Shown here: one piece after another, positions 36,656 through 47,349 of the stretch
Layout of the letters: each line of letters opens with the position of its first letter
How positions within the stretch are numbered: position 1 is the first letter of the stretch
Source of the DNA: Patescibacteria group bacterium
GTDB taxonomy: Bacteria; Patescibacteriota; Minisyncoccia; UBA6257; 1-14-0-10-40-38
Direction: 5' to 3'
Assembly: GCA_038064975.1 (NCBI GenBank)
Contig: JBBTRX010000002.1
Location: 64,880 to 128,879, forward strand
DNA: 64,000 bases
Position numbers and translations under genes: made by a program
Notes under the pieces: model-generated
What the model was told of the DNA's origin: nothing
Database searches by the model: none
Seen by the model: only the letters and a program-made list of their open reading frames with translations

Positions 36656-38329
36656 ATGTTTACAGAACTCCATAAAACATTTGATACGTTTACTGAACGG
36701 GAACGCGCTATCTTCAAAGGAGCCGCTCTCGTCTTTTCCGTTTCGCTTATTTTAAATAGCGCAAATATTTTTTATAAATCAACCGAACTCGCTCCTGTAG
36801 AAGGAGGAATTTACACCGAAGGCGTCGTTGGTCAGCCCATTGCATTAAATCCCTTGATCGCGGGGGCAAACGAAGCGGACAAAGATATTACGAAGCTCTT
36901 GTTTAGCGATTTAACCGATCTTATGGAAACGCACACTATAAGCGCGGACAATCGGACATGGACAATAACGCTCAAAGAAAATCTTACATGGAGCGACGGG
37001 AATAAATTAACGAGCGACGATATTATCTTTACACTGGAAACCGTGCAGGATCCTGAAGCTCACTCTCCCCAATTCGCGACATGGCAAGGAGTAAATGCCG
37101 AGCGGCTGAGCGAACGAGAAGTTCGTTTCATATTAAAAACGCCGTACGCATTTTTCCTTGATAATCTTTCTAATTTCCAAATCGCTCCCCAGCATATTTT
37201 TGGATCAATTCCGAGCGCGAATCTCCGCCTCTCCGATTACAATCTTGAACCCGTGGGAAGCGGCCCGTATAAATTTGAGGAATACATTAAGGGCAAAGAC
37301 GGCTTTATTACCGAATACAAGTTCGCAGTAAATCCAAACTACGCTGACCGATCCCCACTCATTAAGGAAATACGAATAAAATTCTTTCCGAGTTATGACG
37401 CGGCGATTCAAGGATTCAATCGCAGAGAGATTGACGGCTTGGGAGGGCTACGGGCACAAGACGTATCTGAAATCAAAGTGGGCTATCAACTGAAAGAACT
37501 TATCGTTCCCCGCTACTACGCCGTGTTCCTGAACCAGAATACGTCGCTCCAACTGCGAGATGATGCAGTGCGTGAAGCTCTTGCGCTTGCGACGAATCGC
37601 GACACAATTGTAAAAGACGTTTTTGAAAAGCGAGCGATTCCGGTATACGGTCCGATTTATCCGGGCATAGAAGGATACGAATCCGATGTTGCGGACGCCT
37701 ATCCATTCTCTTTGGAAAAAGCAGCGGAGTTGCTTGAAAAAGGCGGATGGGTAAAAGGAGCTGAAGGAATTCGGACAAAAATAGTGCAGGGTTCGGAACT
37801 TTCTCTTTCGTTTGAGTTAGTTGTTCCTGATATTGATTTTCTCGTAGAGACAGCAGAGATTCTCAAAAAAGATTGGGCAGAAATCGGCGTCGTCATAACT
37901 CCGATCGTCCTCTCCACACAAGAGATAGCGCAAAACGCAATCCGCACCAGAAATTACCAAATGCTGATTTTCGGTAACATCCTTAAAAATAATCCTGACG
38001 TGTTTTCGTTCTGGCACTCCACGGAACGATTCCGCCCAGGACTCAATTTGTCTCTCTATGAAAATTCAAAGGTTGATAGTATCCTAGAAGCAATCCGAAA
38101 GAACTTTAATCCGGAATCCCGTATTACGGAAGTAAAGAGTCTTCAAACCATGATAACGAATGATATTCCCGCGGTTTTCCTGTTCGCGCCGAACTATCTC
38201 TATGCGGCACCACGGCAGTTAGGAGGATTTTCAGCATCAGCAATACCTACGCCTTCGGATAGATTTGAACATGTAAGCGAGTGGTATTTGAAAACAGCTA
38301 GAGTGTTTAATTTACAGTCTCAAGAATAA
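36656..38329 (+). CDS. Peptide ABC transporter substrate-binding protein (family 5)
   Basis: WSDG..LTSDD, PVGSGPYKF, VREALALATNR. Confidence 0.88.
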   Translation: MFTELHKTFDTFTERERAIFKGAALVFSVSLILNSANIFYKSTELAPVEGGIYTEGVVGQPIALNPLIAGANEADKDITKLLFSDLTDLMETHTISADNRTWTITLKENLTWSDGNKLTSDDIIFTLETVQDPEAHSPQFATWQGVNAERLSEREVRFILKTPYAFFLDNLSNFQIAPQHIFGSIPSANLRLSDYNLEPVGSGPYKFEEYIKGKDGFITEYKFAVNPNYADRSPLIKEIRIKFFPSYDAAIQGFNRREIDGLGGLRAQDVSEIKVGYQLKELIVPRYYAVFLNQNTSLQLRDDAVREALALATNRDTIVKDVFEKRAIPVYGPIYPGIEGYESDVADAYPFSLEKAAELLEKGGWVKGAEGIRTKIVQGSELSLSFELVVPDIDFLVETAEILKKDWAEIGVVITPIVLSTQEIAQNAIRTRNYQMLIFGNILKNNPDVFSFWHSTERFRPGLNLSLYENSKVDSILEAIRKNFNPESRITEVKSLQTMITNDIPAVFLFAPNYLYAAPRQLGGFSASAIPTPSDRFEHVSEWYLKTARVFNLQSQE

Positions 38330-38335
38330 AAGAAA

Positions 38336-38421
38336 GGGCGAGTGGCGGAACGGCAGACGCGCTGGCTTCAGGAGCCAGTGGGAGCAATCCCGTGGAGGTT
38401 CGAATCCTCTCTCGCTCACCA
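38336..38421 (+). tRNA. tRNA-Leu(CAG)
   Basis: Anticodon arm CTGGC-TT-CAG-GA-GCCAG, encoded CCA. Confidence 0.93.
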
Positions 38422-38535
38422 AGCTAATACTTTCGCGTATTTAATAATCACCGTCGAACGCAGGTATTAACTAACGCACAATACACATCATACAGACAAT
38501 CATTATTCATTAACCATTAATTAAACAGTCAAAAC

Positions 38536-40254
38536 ATGACACAACACAAACGTACGCGTCCCGTACAGAAAAAGGACGAAATTAAAAAGGATGAAAACGC
38601 AGTTCGCTTTATTCCTTTAGGCGGATTGGAAGAAGTTGGCAGAAATTGCTCACTCTTAGAATACAAGGACGAGATTATCGTTATCGACGTCGGTATTCAA
38701 TTTCCCGAAGAAGAAACTCCGGGTATTGATTACATCATTCCAAACATAACTTATTTGGAACCTCGAAAGCAGAATATCAGAGGGATTATCTTCACCCATG
38801 GCCATTACGACCACATCCATGCACTCCCATATTTGCTTGAGAAATTAGGGAATCCAGTCATCTATACAGCTCCATTCACAAAGGCATTAATTGAAAAGCG
38901 CCTCGTAGAATTTCCAAATCTTCCTAAGGCAAAGTTCATCATCATAAAAAACGGTGATCGCTTTAAGATTTCCGAAAATTTTGAAGCAGAATTCTTTGAT
39001 ATCAGTCACACCATCTACGATGCAATGGGAATGATAATTCATAGTCCTGCAGGAAAGCTTGTCCATTTTGGAGACTTTCGTCTTGATATAGATCGCAATG
39101 GAAAGCCAGTTAACTTAGAAACATTTGAGCGCTTGGGAAAAATGGGAGATATTCACACCATTTTCCTTGATAGCACAAACGCAACCAAGCTTGGTCACGC
39201 TATTTCCGAAGAATTGATTACTGAGAATCTTGAGGAATTACTCAAAAAAGCAAAGGGCCGGCTGATTATAGCAACATTCGCTTCCCTCTTAACACGCCTT
39301 AAGGCAATGGTTGCAATCGCAGAAAGAATAGGACGTAAGGTTGCTCTCAATGGACGCTCCATGAAAGACAATTTTGCCATTGCTCAATCTTTGGGATACA
39401 TAAAACCAAATCAGGGAACGATCATCACCGTAGAAGAGGTAAATAAATATCCGGACGAAAAGATTATGATTCTTACGACCGGCGGGCAGGGAGAACCGAA
39501 CGCAGGGCTTATGCGCATGGTAAACGGCGAGCACAGGCACGTAAGCCTTAAGACGAAGGATACCGTCGTCTTCTCTTCCTCCGTCGTTCCGGGTAATGAA
39601 CGGAGCGTACAAGCATTGCAAGACAATATTTCCCGCAAAGTTGATGAACTCTACAACTATTCATTTCTAGACATTCATGCTGGAGGACATTGTCACTCAG
39701 AAGACTTGAAACTCGTTATGAAGTTGGTAAAGCCAAAATACATCATTCCAATTCACGGCTATTACTTCATGCGCAAAAGCGTAATGAAGCTTGCCGAAGA
39801 AATTGGACTTAAACGGGAGCAAGTAGTTGTAATGGACAACGGAGAAGTAGCTCAGATTACGAAAGATAACTTCACAATTACTTCTGAAACTGTGCCGGCA
39901 TCTTACGTTATGGTGGACGGCCTTGGCGTCGGAGACGTTGAAGAAGTAGTGCTCCGCGATCGCAGAATGCTTTCCGCGGAAGGCATGATCGTTATTATCA
40001 TGACGCTGGAGCGCAAAACCGGGCGCATCGTAAAAAATCCGGATATCATTTCACGGGGATTTATTCTCATTAAAGACAATAAGCACCTCTTAGATGAAAT
40101 CCGAAAACGCCTGCGCAATCTTGTAGAGAGAATCCCCCGCCAAGAAGCGGAACCAGATTACGTAAAATCTCTTATTCGCGATCAGATTGGGCAATTTGTA
40201 TACTCAAAGACAAAACGCCGCCCAATGATTCTGCCGGTACTGATTGAAATCTAG
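38536..40254 (+). CDS. rnj: Ribonuclease J
   Basis: PLGGLEEVGRN, THGHYDH, HAGGH, RRPMILPV. Confidence 0.95.
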   Translation: MTQHKRTRPVQKKDEIKKDENAVRFIPLGGLEEVGRNCSLLEYKDEIIVIDVGIQFPEEETPGIDYIIPNITYLEPRKQNIRGIIFTHGHYDHIHALPYLLEKLGNPVIYTAPFTKALIEKRLVEFPNLPKAKFIIIKNGDRFKISENFEAEFFDISHTIYDAMGMIIHSPAGKLVHFGDFRLDIDRNGKPVNLETFERLGKMGDIHTIFLDSTNATKLGHAISEELITENLEELLKKAKGRLIIATFASLLTRLKAMVAIAERIGRKVALNGRSMKDNFAIAQSLGYIKPNQGTIITVEEVNKYPDEKIMILTTGGQGEPNAGLMRMVNGEHRHVSLKTKDTVVFSSSVVPGNERSVQALQDNISRKVDELYNYSFLDIHAGGHCHSEDLKLVMKLVKPKYIIPIHGYYFMRKSVMKLAEEIGLKREQVVVMDNGEVAQITKDNFTITSETVPASYVMVDGLGVGDVEEVVLRDRRMLSAEGMIVIIMTLERKTGRIVKNPDIISRGFILIKDNKHLLDEIRKRLRNLVERIPRQEAEPDYVKSLIRDQIGQFVYSKTKRRPMILPVLIEI

Positions 40255-40290
40255 AAAAAAAACTCCCGAAATTCGGGAGTTTTTTGTTTG

Positions 40291-43200
40291 CTATTTTGCT
40301 CGGCGGATACCGACAACGATCGTTTCCTGATCAAGTTTTGTTTCTTGTTTTGCATCAAATGGCCGAGTCTCCATCCATGAGGCAGCGGCAAAATCCATTT
40401 CCTTCGCGCCAACCATACGAAGAAGCGTATCTTTATTCTTTTCAATCTGCTCCTGTAGTAATACAGACGCGGCAATCGTGATCATTACCGTATCTTTAAT
40501 GTCATATCCGGCATCTTGGCGAAGTTTTTGAATCATACGAGAAAGTTCGCGCATGAGCCCCTCGGCGCGCAATTCCGGAGTAATCGTGGCGTCCAATACA
40601 GTGTCCGCCCCTTGATCCTTTGAAAATACAATGTGCTTAACATTCACTTCGTCAGCTAAAATCGCGAGCAAAGCAGAATCTTTCACGGAAAGGATTTTTG
40701 TAACAATAGAGAGAGTGGAGAGCGGCTGGCGGATTTTTATTCCCAACTTTTCCCGTTCTGCGAGTGCAAGGTTCGCAAGGCGGCGCACTTCTTCCATGGC
40801 TTGGATCATTTTTTTATCGCTCACGCTCATAGTAATTTTTGGCCACAGAGCGATATGTACAGAATGCGATCCGGTCTTCTCCTTCTTCGTCGCGACAGCT
40901 TGGTATAGTCCTTCGCTGAAAAACGGAGCGAAAGGCGCCATATATTTTGAGAGCGTTACTAGAACAGTCTGAAGTGTTTTTGGCGAAACATTTTTTCGGC
41001 TCCTGCGAATATACCAGCGAGAAAGATCGTCGAGAAAAGTCTCCAGCGCCTTTGCTGCCGAATATACGTCGTATACATCCAGCTTCTTTGAAACCGTAAG
41101 TCCTACTTCGTTCAGACGGGCAAGAATCCACTGATCAAGTGCGGGAAGCGGATTGTGCTTTTCATGCTCGTACATTTTAGAAAACGCGAATGAGTTGTAC
41201 GTAATCAAGAAAACTTTACGGAACACCGTCTTCAAATCATCTTCGTTAAACCGCTTTGGCTCTCCTGGATCATTTAACGTAAAGAAATACCAGCGCACTG
41301 CATCAACGCCATGCGTCCCAATAAGCTGCCATGGATCAATAACATTGCCTTTGGATTTAGACATCTTCGCCCCATGCTTATCCAAAATATGCCCCAGAGA
41401 GATTACATTCTTGTATGGTTCTTTTTTGCCGAGAAGCGTTGAAACGGCAAGGAGGGTATAGAACCAACCGCGCGTCTGATCAACCGCTTCAGTAATATAA
41501 TCCGCCGGGAACTGTTTTTTACCATCCACCATCCCTTTGTGTTCAAACGGATAATGCCATGACGCAAAAGGCATTGCTCCGGAATCAAACCATACGTCCG
41601 CGACGTCAGGAATGCGTCTCATAGTTTTCCCGCAATCAGGACACTGTAATACTATTTCATCAATAAATGGCCGATGAGGGTCAATGGTCCCCGTCTCGTT
41701 ATAGGGAAGGTTCATAACTGTACGACTGATCCATTTTCCAGGCAGGATATACTCCGCTTCTTTAATCTCTGCCGTAAGGTTCATGCCATCCAAAATTGCA
41801 CTCAAAACCCATAAAGGATCGCCGTGGCTCACAACCGCGATACGCTTGCCAGCGTACTGTGCACGGACATCTTTCATAAAACTCGTAACACGCCGGGCAA
41901 GATCAATGAGCGTTTCCCCTCCTTCGGGCGTTTTCGTGAACCGTTCCTCAAAGCTATTAAAGAATGCATGGTAATCATCTACGGGAGCCCGATTAAAAAC
42001 TCCGACATTAATTTCCCGTATGCGCTCGTCGTACACAATTTCCGCTCCCGTTGCTTCACTTACAATTTCCGCCGTTTCTTTAGCACGAGCGAAAGGCGAT
42101 GAGATAATAAGATCAATCTTTTTCTTTTTTAAATCTGCACCAGCTTTCTTTGCTTGTGTTTTCCCTTTAGCCGTAAGGAGCGAAGGACGCTCGTCATCCC
42201 CTGCCATTTGATTCTTCGTATTATGTTCCGCCTCGCCGTGGCGGATCAAGAAAAATTCCGCTTGAGGAAGCGCATGTTTTTCTAAGTCTTCAAACGATCC
42301 CGCAACAAACGTATGTACACATATCTCGCCCTTCCAAATTGGAAGCGGCGTTCCCCAATACCGGTTGCGGGATATTGCCCAATCTTTCAGTTCCTTTAAC
42401 CACTCACCAAACCTTCCCTCGCGCACATGGCTTGGGATCCAATTCACGCGAGCATTCTCTGCAATAAGCTGACTCTTCAATTCACTCATGCGGATGAACC
42501 ATGAATTCCGTGCGTAATAGATAAGAGCAGTCCCGCATCTCCAGCAATGCGGATACTCGTGGGTATACTGTTCGGTTTTTAAGAGCAGATTTTTTGACTG
42601 CAGATATTCAATAATTGTCGTTTCCGTCAATTTTGCTTTTACAAAACGTCCCGCAAGATCTTTTACTTCGTCAGTGAACTTTCCTTCCTCCGTTACGGTA
42701 TGTTTCTGTGGCAAGCCAATTTTGACGCCAAGTTCATAATCGTCTTCTCCGTACATGACTGCGGTATGCACAACACCCGTGCCATCTTCAGTTGTTACAA
42801 AATCAGCCGCATATACGCGGTGCGATTTCTCACTCCGGAGCGATGGAATATCAAAAAGCGGCTCGTATTCCAATTCTATTAAGTCTTTTCCCTTCACGGT
42901 TACAACAACCTCTCCCAATACCTCTTTAAGTGAGGAGTCGTGAGCAACTACAGCATATTCTCCGTTTTGGGAGCGCACGACATAGGAGATATTTTTCCCT
43001 ACCGCGAGAGCGACGTTGCCCGGCAAAGTCCACGGCGTTGTAGTCCACGAGAGAATATAGGTATTGTCTGTTGTTTTCCAATTCCCTATTTTTTGGCCCG
43101 GCTTTAATTTGAACTTTACATAGACTGACGTATCAGTCACTTCCTTGTATCCTTGGGCAAGCTCGTGAGAAGAGAGCGCGGTTCCGCATCGCGTGCACCA

Positions 43201-43734
43201 CGGAATAATCTTATGCCCTTCGTAGAGTAGTTTTTTCTTCCAGACTTCTTTAAATATCCAAAATAAAGATTCAATATATGATGAATCCGAGGTTACATAC
43301 GCGTTCTCCCTATCCAACCAAAATCCAATGCGTTCGGTAAAGTTTTCCCACTCCGTGCGATATCTCCAAACGGAAGCGCGCGCTTTTTCATTAAACTGCG
43401 CGATGCCATACCGTTCTATATCCTGTTTGTTCCGAAGTCCCAGTTCTTTTTCCACTTCAATTTCAACCGGAAGCCCATGAGTGTCCCATCCTGCTCTCCG
43501 TAAAATAGAATGCCCGCGCATCGTTTTGTAGCGCAAAATAATATCCTTAAACGCACGGACAAGAATATGATGCGTGCCGGGACGGCCATTTGCAGTCGGA
43601 GGGCCTTCAAAAAAACGGAATGGCTTCCCCCGCTTTCGTGCAGCGGTCGTTTTTGGAAAGATTTGATTTTCTTTCCAGAATTTCAGAACTTGCTCCTCAA
43701 GTTCCGGTAAATTGAATTTATCTTTTTCAAGCAT
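40291..43734 (-). CDS. ileS: Isoleucine--tRNA ligase (type 2-like) with inserted histidine phosphatase domain
   Basis: EGPPTANG, GWDTHGLP, WTTTPWTLP, ISRNRYWG, DQTRGWF, KMSKS; RHG insert at ~41715-42262. Confidence 0.96.
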   Translation of the reverse strand: MLEKDKFNLPELEEQVLKFWKENQIFPKTTAARKRGKPFRFFEGPPTANGRPGTHHILVRAFKDIILRYKTMRGHSILRRAGWDTHGLPVEIEVEKELGLRNKQDIERYGIAQFNEKARASVWRYRTEWENFTERIGFWLDRENAYVTSDSSYIESLFWIFKEVWKKKLLYEGHKIIPWCTRCGTALSSHELAQGYKEVTDTSVYVKFKLKPGQKIGNWKTTDNTYILSWTTTPWTLPGNVALAVGKNISYVVRSQNGEYAVVAHDSSLKEVLGEVVVTVKGKDLIELEYEPLFDIPSLRSEKSHRVYAADFVTTEDGTGVVHTAVMYGEDDYELGVKIGLPQKHTVTEEGKFTDEVKDLAGRFVKAKLTETTIIEYLQSKNLLLKTEQYTHEYPHCWRCGTALIYYARNSWFIRMSELKSQLIAENARVNWIPSHVREGRFGEWLKELKDWAISRNRYWGTPLPIWKGEICVHTFVAGSFEDLEKHALPQAEFFLIRHGEAEHNTKNQMAGDDERPSLLTAKGKTQAKKAGADLKKKKIDLIISSPFARAKETAEIVSEATGAEIVYDERIREINVGVFNRAPVDDYHAFFNSFEERFTKTPEGGETLIDLARRVTSFMKDVRAQYAGKRIAVVSHGDPLWVLSAILDGMNLTAEIKEAEYILPGKWISRTVMNLPYNETGTIDPHRPFIDEIVLQCPDCGKTMRRIPDVADVWFDSGAMPFASWHYPFEHKGMVDGKKQFPADYITEAVDQTRGWFYTLLAVSTLLGKKEPYKNVISLGHILDKHGAKMSKSKGNVIDPWQLIGTHGVDAVRWYFFTLNDPGEPKRFNEDDLKTVFRKVFLITYNSFAFSKMYEHEKHNPLPALDQWILARLNEVGLTVSKKLDVYDVYSAAKALETFLDDLSRWYIRRSRKNVSPKTLQTVLVTLSKYMAPFAPFFSEGLYQAVATKKEKTGSHSVHIALWPKITMSVSDKKMIQAMEEVRRLANLALAEREKLGIKIRQPLSTLSIVTKILSVKDSALLAILADEVNVKHIVFSKDQGADTVLDATITPELRAEGLMRELSRMIQKLRQDAGYDIKDTVMITIAASVLLQEQIEKNKDTLLRMVGAKEMDFAAASWMETRPFDAKQETKLDQETIVVGIRRAK

Positions 43735-43747
43735 ACGAGTTTTGGTT

Positions 43748-45460
43748 TTACATTGTTTCTACGGTTTGAATTCCTAAAAGAGTAAGACCAGTATTAAGGG
43801 TTTCTGCAGCGGAAGCAACGAGTGAGATGCGTGAACGTCGCATTTCCTTTTCTGCTTTTAAGACCGGGATATTTTCATAAAATGAATTTACGGTTTTCGC
43901 GAGCTCGTAGAGATATTCCGCAAGGTAATGAGGAAAGAATGTCTCCCGCACCTTATCTAAAACTCCCGGGAACCGCATAACCATAATGGCGAGATTACGC
44001 TCCGCATCGTTTGTGAATACTACTTTACCGCGAGAAAACCTCCCCGCCTTGCGGAGGATGCTTTTGATACGAGCATAGGAATAGAGCAAGTATGGAGCGC
44101 TATTCCCTTCAAACGACAGCATAGCATCCCAGCGGAACGTAATATCACTCTGCCGATTCTGGGAAAGATCGTTATATTTCAATGCTGCAATGCCGACAGC
44201 TTTCGCTATTTTTTCCCGCTTCCGTTTCGTGATATCAGCTCGCTTTTCATCAACAATCTTTTGCGCTCGATCTACCGCCTCGTGAATTACTTCAAGAAGC
44301 GCGACGTGTCTGCCCGCGCGCGTGGAAAGCTTTTTCATATCTTCTGCGAGCACGAGACCAAACTTTACGTGCATGAGTTGCATAGACCCTACAAACCCTA
44401 ACTTCTCTGCAGATCGAAATAATTGTTCAAAGTGCAAGCTTTGCCCGTTATCTACAACATAGAGAACGGTATCCGCTTTGAATTTTTCTCTGCGATATTT
44501 AATCGCGGCAAGATCAGTCGTGGAATATAAAAACGCCTCATCGCTTTTCTGAATAACAAACGAAGGAATCCCCTCGTGCGGGATAATAACCGCTCCTTCG
44601 CTCCGCTCTGCGATTCCCCGATAGAGAGCTTCCTGCACTATTTCAGGAAGCATAGATTTATAAAAACTTTCTCCTAAGTAATAATCAAACGAAACGCCAA
44701 GCAGAGAGTATGCTTTTTTGAATTCAGCAAGACTGATTTTATAAAACAGTTTCCAAATCGCCGTGTTTTCGCGGTCTCCTTCTTGTAGTTTTTTTGTCTC
44801 TCTGCGCGCACTCTCTTCCAATTCAGGATTCTCTTTCATCCTCGCCGTATAATCTACATACAGCACCAGCAAATCTTCTATCTTTATATTTGATTTTTTA
44901 TTTTTGAGATTTGAGATTTCTTTGTATGCCGCGATCAAAACACCGAATTGCTTTCCCCAATCTCCTAAATGGTTATCGCCCACAGTTTTCCATCCTGAAA
45001 AGGCGAACACATTATAAAGCGCAGCTCCGATAATCGTGGAACGCAAATGCGCCACGCTCATCGGCTTTGCGATATTAGGATGCGAATAATCAATAACAAT
45101 CGTCTTTTTCTCATTCTTTGTGGGCTTGCCCGACCCAGCTCGAGAGGCGGGTCTGCCCCATTTCTTTCCTGCGCTAAGCACGCCCTTCATTCCTTCTTCT
45201 AGTGCAGAATCTGAAAGCCAAAAATTAATAAATCCGGGACGAGCAACCTCAACCCGCGAGAGAAGATGCATCCCTTTTTCCCTCGCGTCCTTTGCAATCT
45301 GTTCCGCAATCGTAAGCGGTGCTTCACCGCGCACGCTAGCAAGTTTCATCGCAACGTTTGTAGCATAATGACCAAAATCAGGACGCGCGGATGGCTCCAC
45401 CGAAAAATCAATTGATTCAGGGATTAGTGATTTCAAAAAAAGATTCAACTGTTCTTCCAT
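43748..45460 (-). CDS. argS: Arginine--tRNA ligase
   Basis: DYSHPNIAKPMSVAHLRST, GDWGKQFG, STRAG, YLLYSYAR, C-terminal Met. Confidence 0.95.
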   Translation of the reverse strand: MEEQLNLFLKSLIPESIDFSVEPSARPDFGHYATNVAMKLASVRGEAPLTIAEQIAKDAREKGMHLLSRVEVARPGFINFWLSDSALEEGMKGVLSAGKKWGRPASRAGSGKPTKNEKKTIVIDYSHPNIAKPMSVAHLRSTIIGAALYNVFAFSGWKTVGDNHLGDWGKQFGVLIAAYKEISNLKNKKSNIKIEDLLVLYVDYTARMKENPELEESARRETKKLQEGDRENTAIWKLFYKISLAEFKKAYSLLGVSFDYYLGESFYKSMLPEIVQEALYRGIAERSEGAVIIPHEGIPSFVIQKSDEAFLYSTTDLAAIKYRREKFKADTVLYVVDNGQSLHFEQLFRSAEKLGFVGSMQLMHVKFGLVLAEDMKKLSTRAGRHVALLEVIHEAVDRAQKIVDEKRADITKRKREKIAKAVGIAALKYNDLSQNRQSDITFRWDAMLSFEGNSAPYLLYSYARIKSILRKAGRFSRGKVVFTNDAERNLAIMVMRFPGVLDKVRETFFPHYLAEYLYELAKTVNSFYENIPVLKAEKEMRRSRISLVASAAETLNTGLTLLGIQTVETM

Positions 45461-45472
45461 ATATATGAATGT

Positions 45473-46156
45473 TTATGCCGTCTGCAAAGCTCGATTTTGC
45501 CATGCGCAAAACTGGCATGCGCTTCCGATATCAGGAATATCACGTTCAATTGTTTTCACTGCATCGCGAAATGCTTTCCGTGCGTCATCAGCAGATGTTT
45601 TTACTTCCTTTACTTCAACGGTGAAATTAACTTGCCCGCCCGGCTGAAGCTCTTTGGGAATAAAATAAATAAGATAGGCGTACCCTGGTTGTGGCAGATT
45701 ATTTTCTTCAAGGAGTAAAGAGTAGCAATTCAGCTGATTTTTATAGAATCCTTCCCCTCCCTCCTTAAGCTCAAAGCCTCGCGTTTTATAATCCACCGGA
45801 ATATAGCCGTCTTCGTTTACGATACAGTCATCGAGCGCCCCCACCATAACAGCGTCCAAAGATTTTTCATAAAAGCTAAGTCCGCCCTTCCATCCACGCC
45901 ACCGGTTCAAAATTTCAGAGTCCGCAAAAAGCTTACCTTTAACCTGCCCGTCAATTTCCGGAGGAAGCTTACCGACGGCCCGATAGCGATCAAAATATTT
46001 CTTTATTACGATATCCATGCCGCTCGGGAGCGAAGGAAAAGGCCCGCGAGGGCGTGGACGCTCTGCTCGATATTCCAGCCAAAAGCACCGGGGACAATCC
46101 AGAAATACATTAAGAGAGGATGGAGAAAGTCGCAATTTGCCGCTTGATGTAGTCAT
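45473..46156 (-). CDS. PD-(D/E)XK nuclease (RecB/Cas4-like)
   Basis: LSPS...CPRC, G.LD...VDYKT, QL..Y, CQFC. Confidence 0.85.
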   Translation of the reverse strand: MTTSSGKLRLSPSSLNVFLDCPRCFWLEYRAERPRPRGPFPSLPSGMDIVIKKYFDRYRAVGKLPPEIDGQVKGKLFADSEILNRWRGWKGGLSFYEKSLDAVMVGALDDCIVNEDGYIPVDYKTRGFELKEGGEGFYKNQLNCYSLLLEENNLPQPGYAYLIYFIPKELQPGGQVNFTVEVKEVKTSADDARKAFRDAVKTIERDIPDIGSACQFCAWQNRALQTA

Positions 46157-46231
46157 TTCAGGTAGTGGGAATCCAACTGCTATAACGTGTAGTATATCAT
46201 TTTTACCTTGATTTTCGGTATACTTCCAGAG

Positions 46232-46681
46232 ATGAATACCCTATCAGAAAACAAACGAGCCCGCTTTGATTATGAGGTGTTAGATACCTACGAAGCAGGG
46301 ATCGAGCTTAAGGGCTTTGAAGTAAAGTCCGTAAAGAACGGCAGGATGAATCTTGCCGGTACGTTTGTAGTACCTAAAGGGAATGAGCTCTATCTCTTAA
46401 ACGCCGACATTTCACCCTATCAGGCAAACAATACGCCGAAAGACTATGATTCCAAACGTTCCCGTAGAATACTTTTGAAACACGCGGAGATCAAAGAACT
46501 CATCGGGAAAATCACTTCCACAAGCTTGACATTAGTCCCATTAAGAGTGTATAATAAAGGTCGCCTCGTGAAAGTTGAGATTGCGCTCGTAAAACCGAAA
46601 AAGAAGTATGACAAGCGCGAAACTACAAAAAAACGCGAAGCGAAACGGATGATCGGGAGAACATTGAAAAGGGAACAATAA
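46232..46681 (+). CDS. smpB: SsrA-binding protein
   Basis: NKRARFDY, EAGIELKGFEVKS, KKKYDKRE; adjacent to tmRNA. Confidence 0.96.
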   Translation: MNTLSENKRARFDYEVLDTYEAGIELKGFEVKSVKNGRMNLAGTFVVPKGNELYLLNADISPYQANNTPKDYDSKRSRRILLKHAEIKELIGKITSTSLTLVPLRVYNKGRLVKVEIALVKPKKKYDKRETTKKREAKRMIGRTLKREQ

Positions 46682-46746
46682 ACGATAGATAATGGACGAT
46701 GTATAATTTGTCTCATTATTTATTGTTCATCGTTAATCATTAGTAT

Positions 46747-47088
46747 GGGGATGCCGGGCTTCGATAAGGCATATTCTCTACAGATGGCATGCCGAGCCGC
46801 AATATCTCGTTAACCTGTTGCAAACTATAACTGCAAACCACAAAGTTGCAGCACCAGCATTTGCCTTTGCGTAAGTGCGTGGTGTCCCCTTCCATTAATG
46901 GAAGGGCATCGGTCCTGACGCTTCATAGGGATTAACCGGTGTTATATCTGATGCTCAAGATGCGCGAAGATTAGGATTCGTCGGCACGCATTCGAAAACC
47001 AAATGAATTCTTTGTTTCTTTTGAAACTAAGCATGTAGAAGTTTGTTCTGAACATCCTTAGATGTGGGTTCAACTCCCACCATCTCCA
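46747..47088 (+). ncRNA. ssrA: tmRNA; tag peptide ANHKVAAPAFAFA at 46833-46874
   Basis: GGGGATG/CATCTCC acceptor stem with G3:U, T-arm GGGTTCAACTCCC, ATAACT-GCA resume context. Confidence 0.93.
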
Positions 47089-47131
47089 CAAATAAAAATA
47101 GCTCGCCGTTATGGCGAGTTGTTTTTATTTC

Positions 47132-47276
47132 ATGGTGGGAGTTGAACTGAAAGGAGGGGTCGGGAGGAGAGGTATTCCTCCCGTGGAGGAAAAAATCCAG
47201 CAACGCTGGATGAGTTAAAAACCGACGGTTTTTAAAAGGAGTGAAACGACGCGTGAAATTCCCACCATCTCCACCA
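47132..47276 (+). repeat. tRNA-anchored element, core type 2, downstream of tmRNA
   Basis: Inverted ATGGTGGGAGTTGAAC (47132-47147), core, direct TCCCACCATCTCCA(CCA). Confidence 0.9.
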
Positions 47277-47349
47277 TTTTGACACCCGCGCAGAAACTAG
47301 GGTATTTTGTGTTTAGTTCCCTCCCTAGTTCATCGACAAGGAGATAGCC

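Noticed and set aside
45473-46156. Cas4 as part of a CRISPR system
   Set aside because: Solo PD-(D/E)XK nuclease with no cas1/cas2 or array nearby
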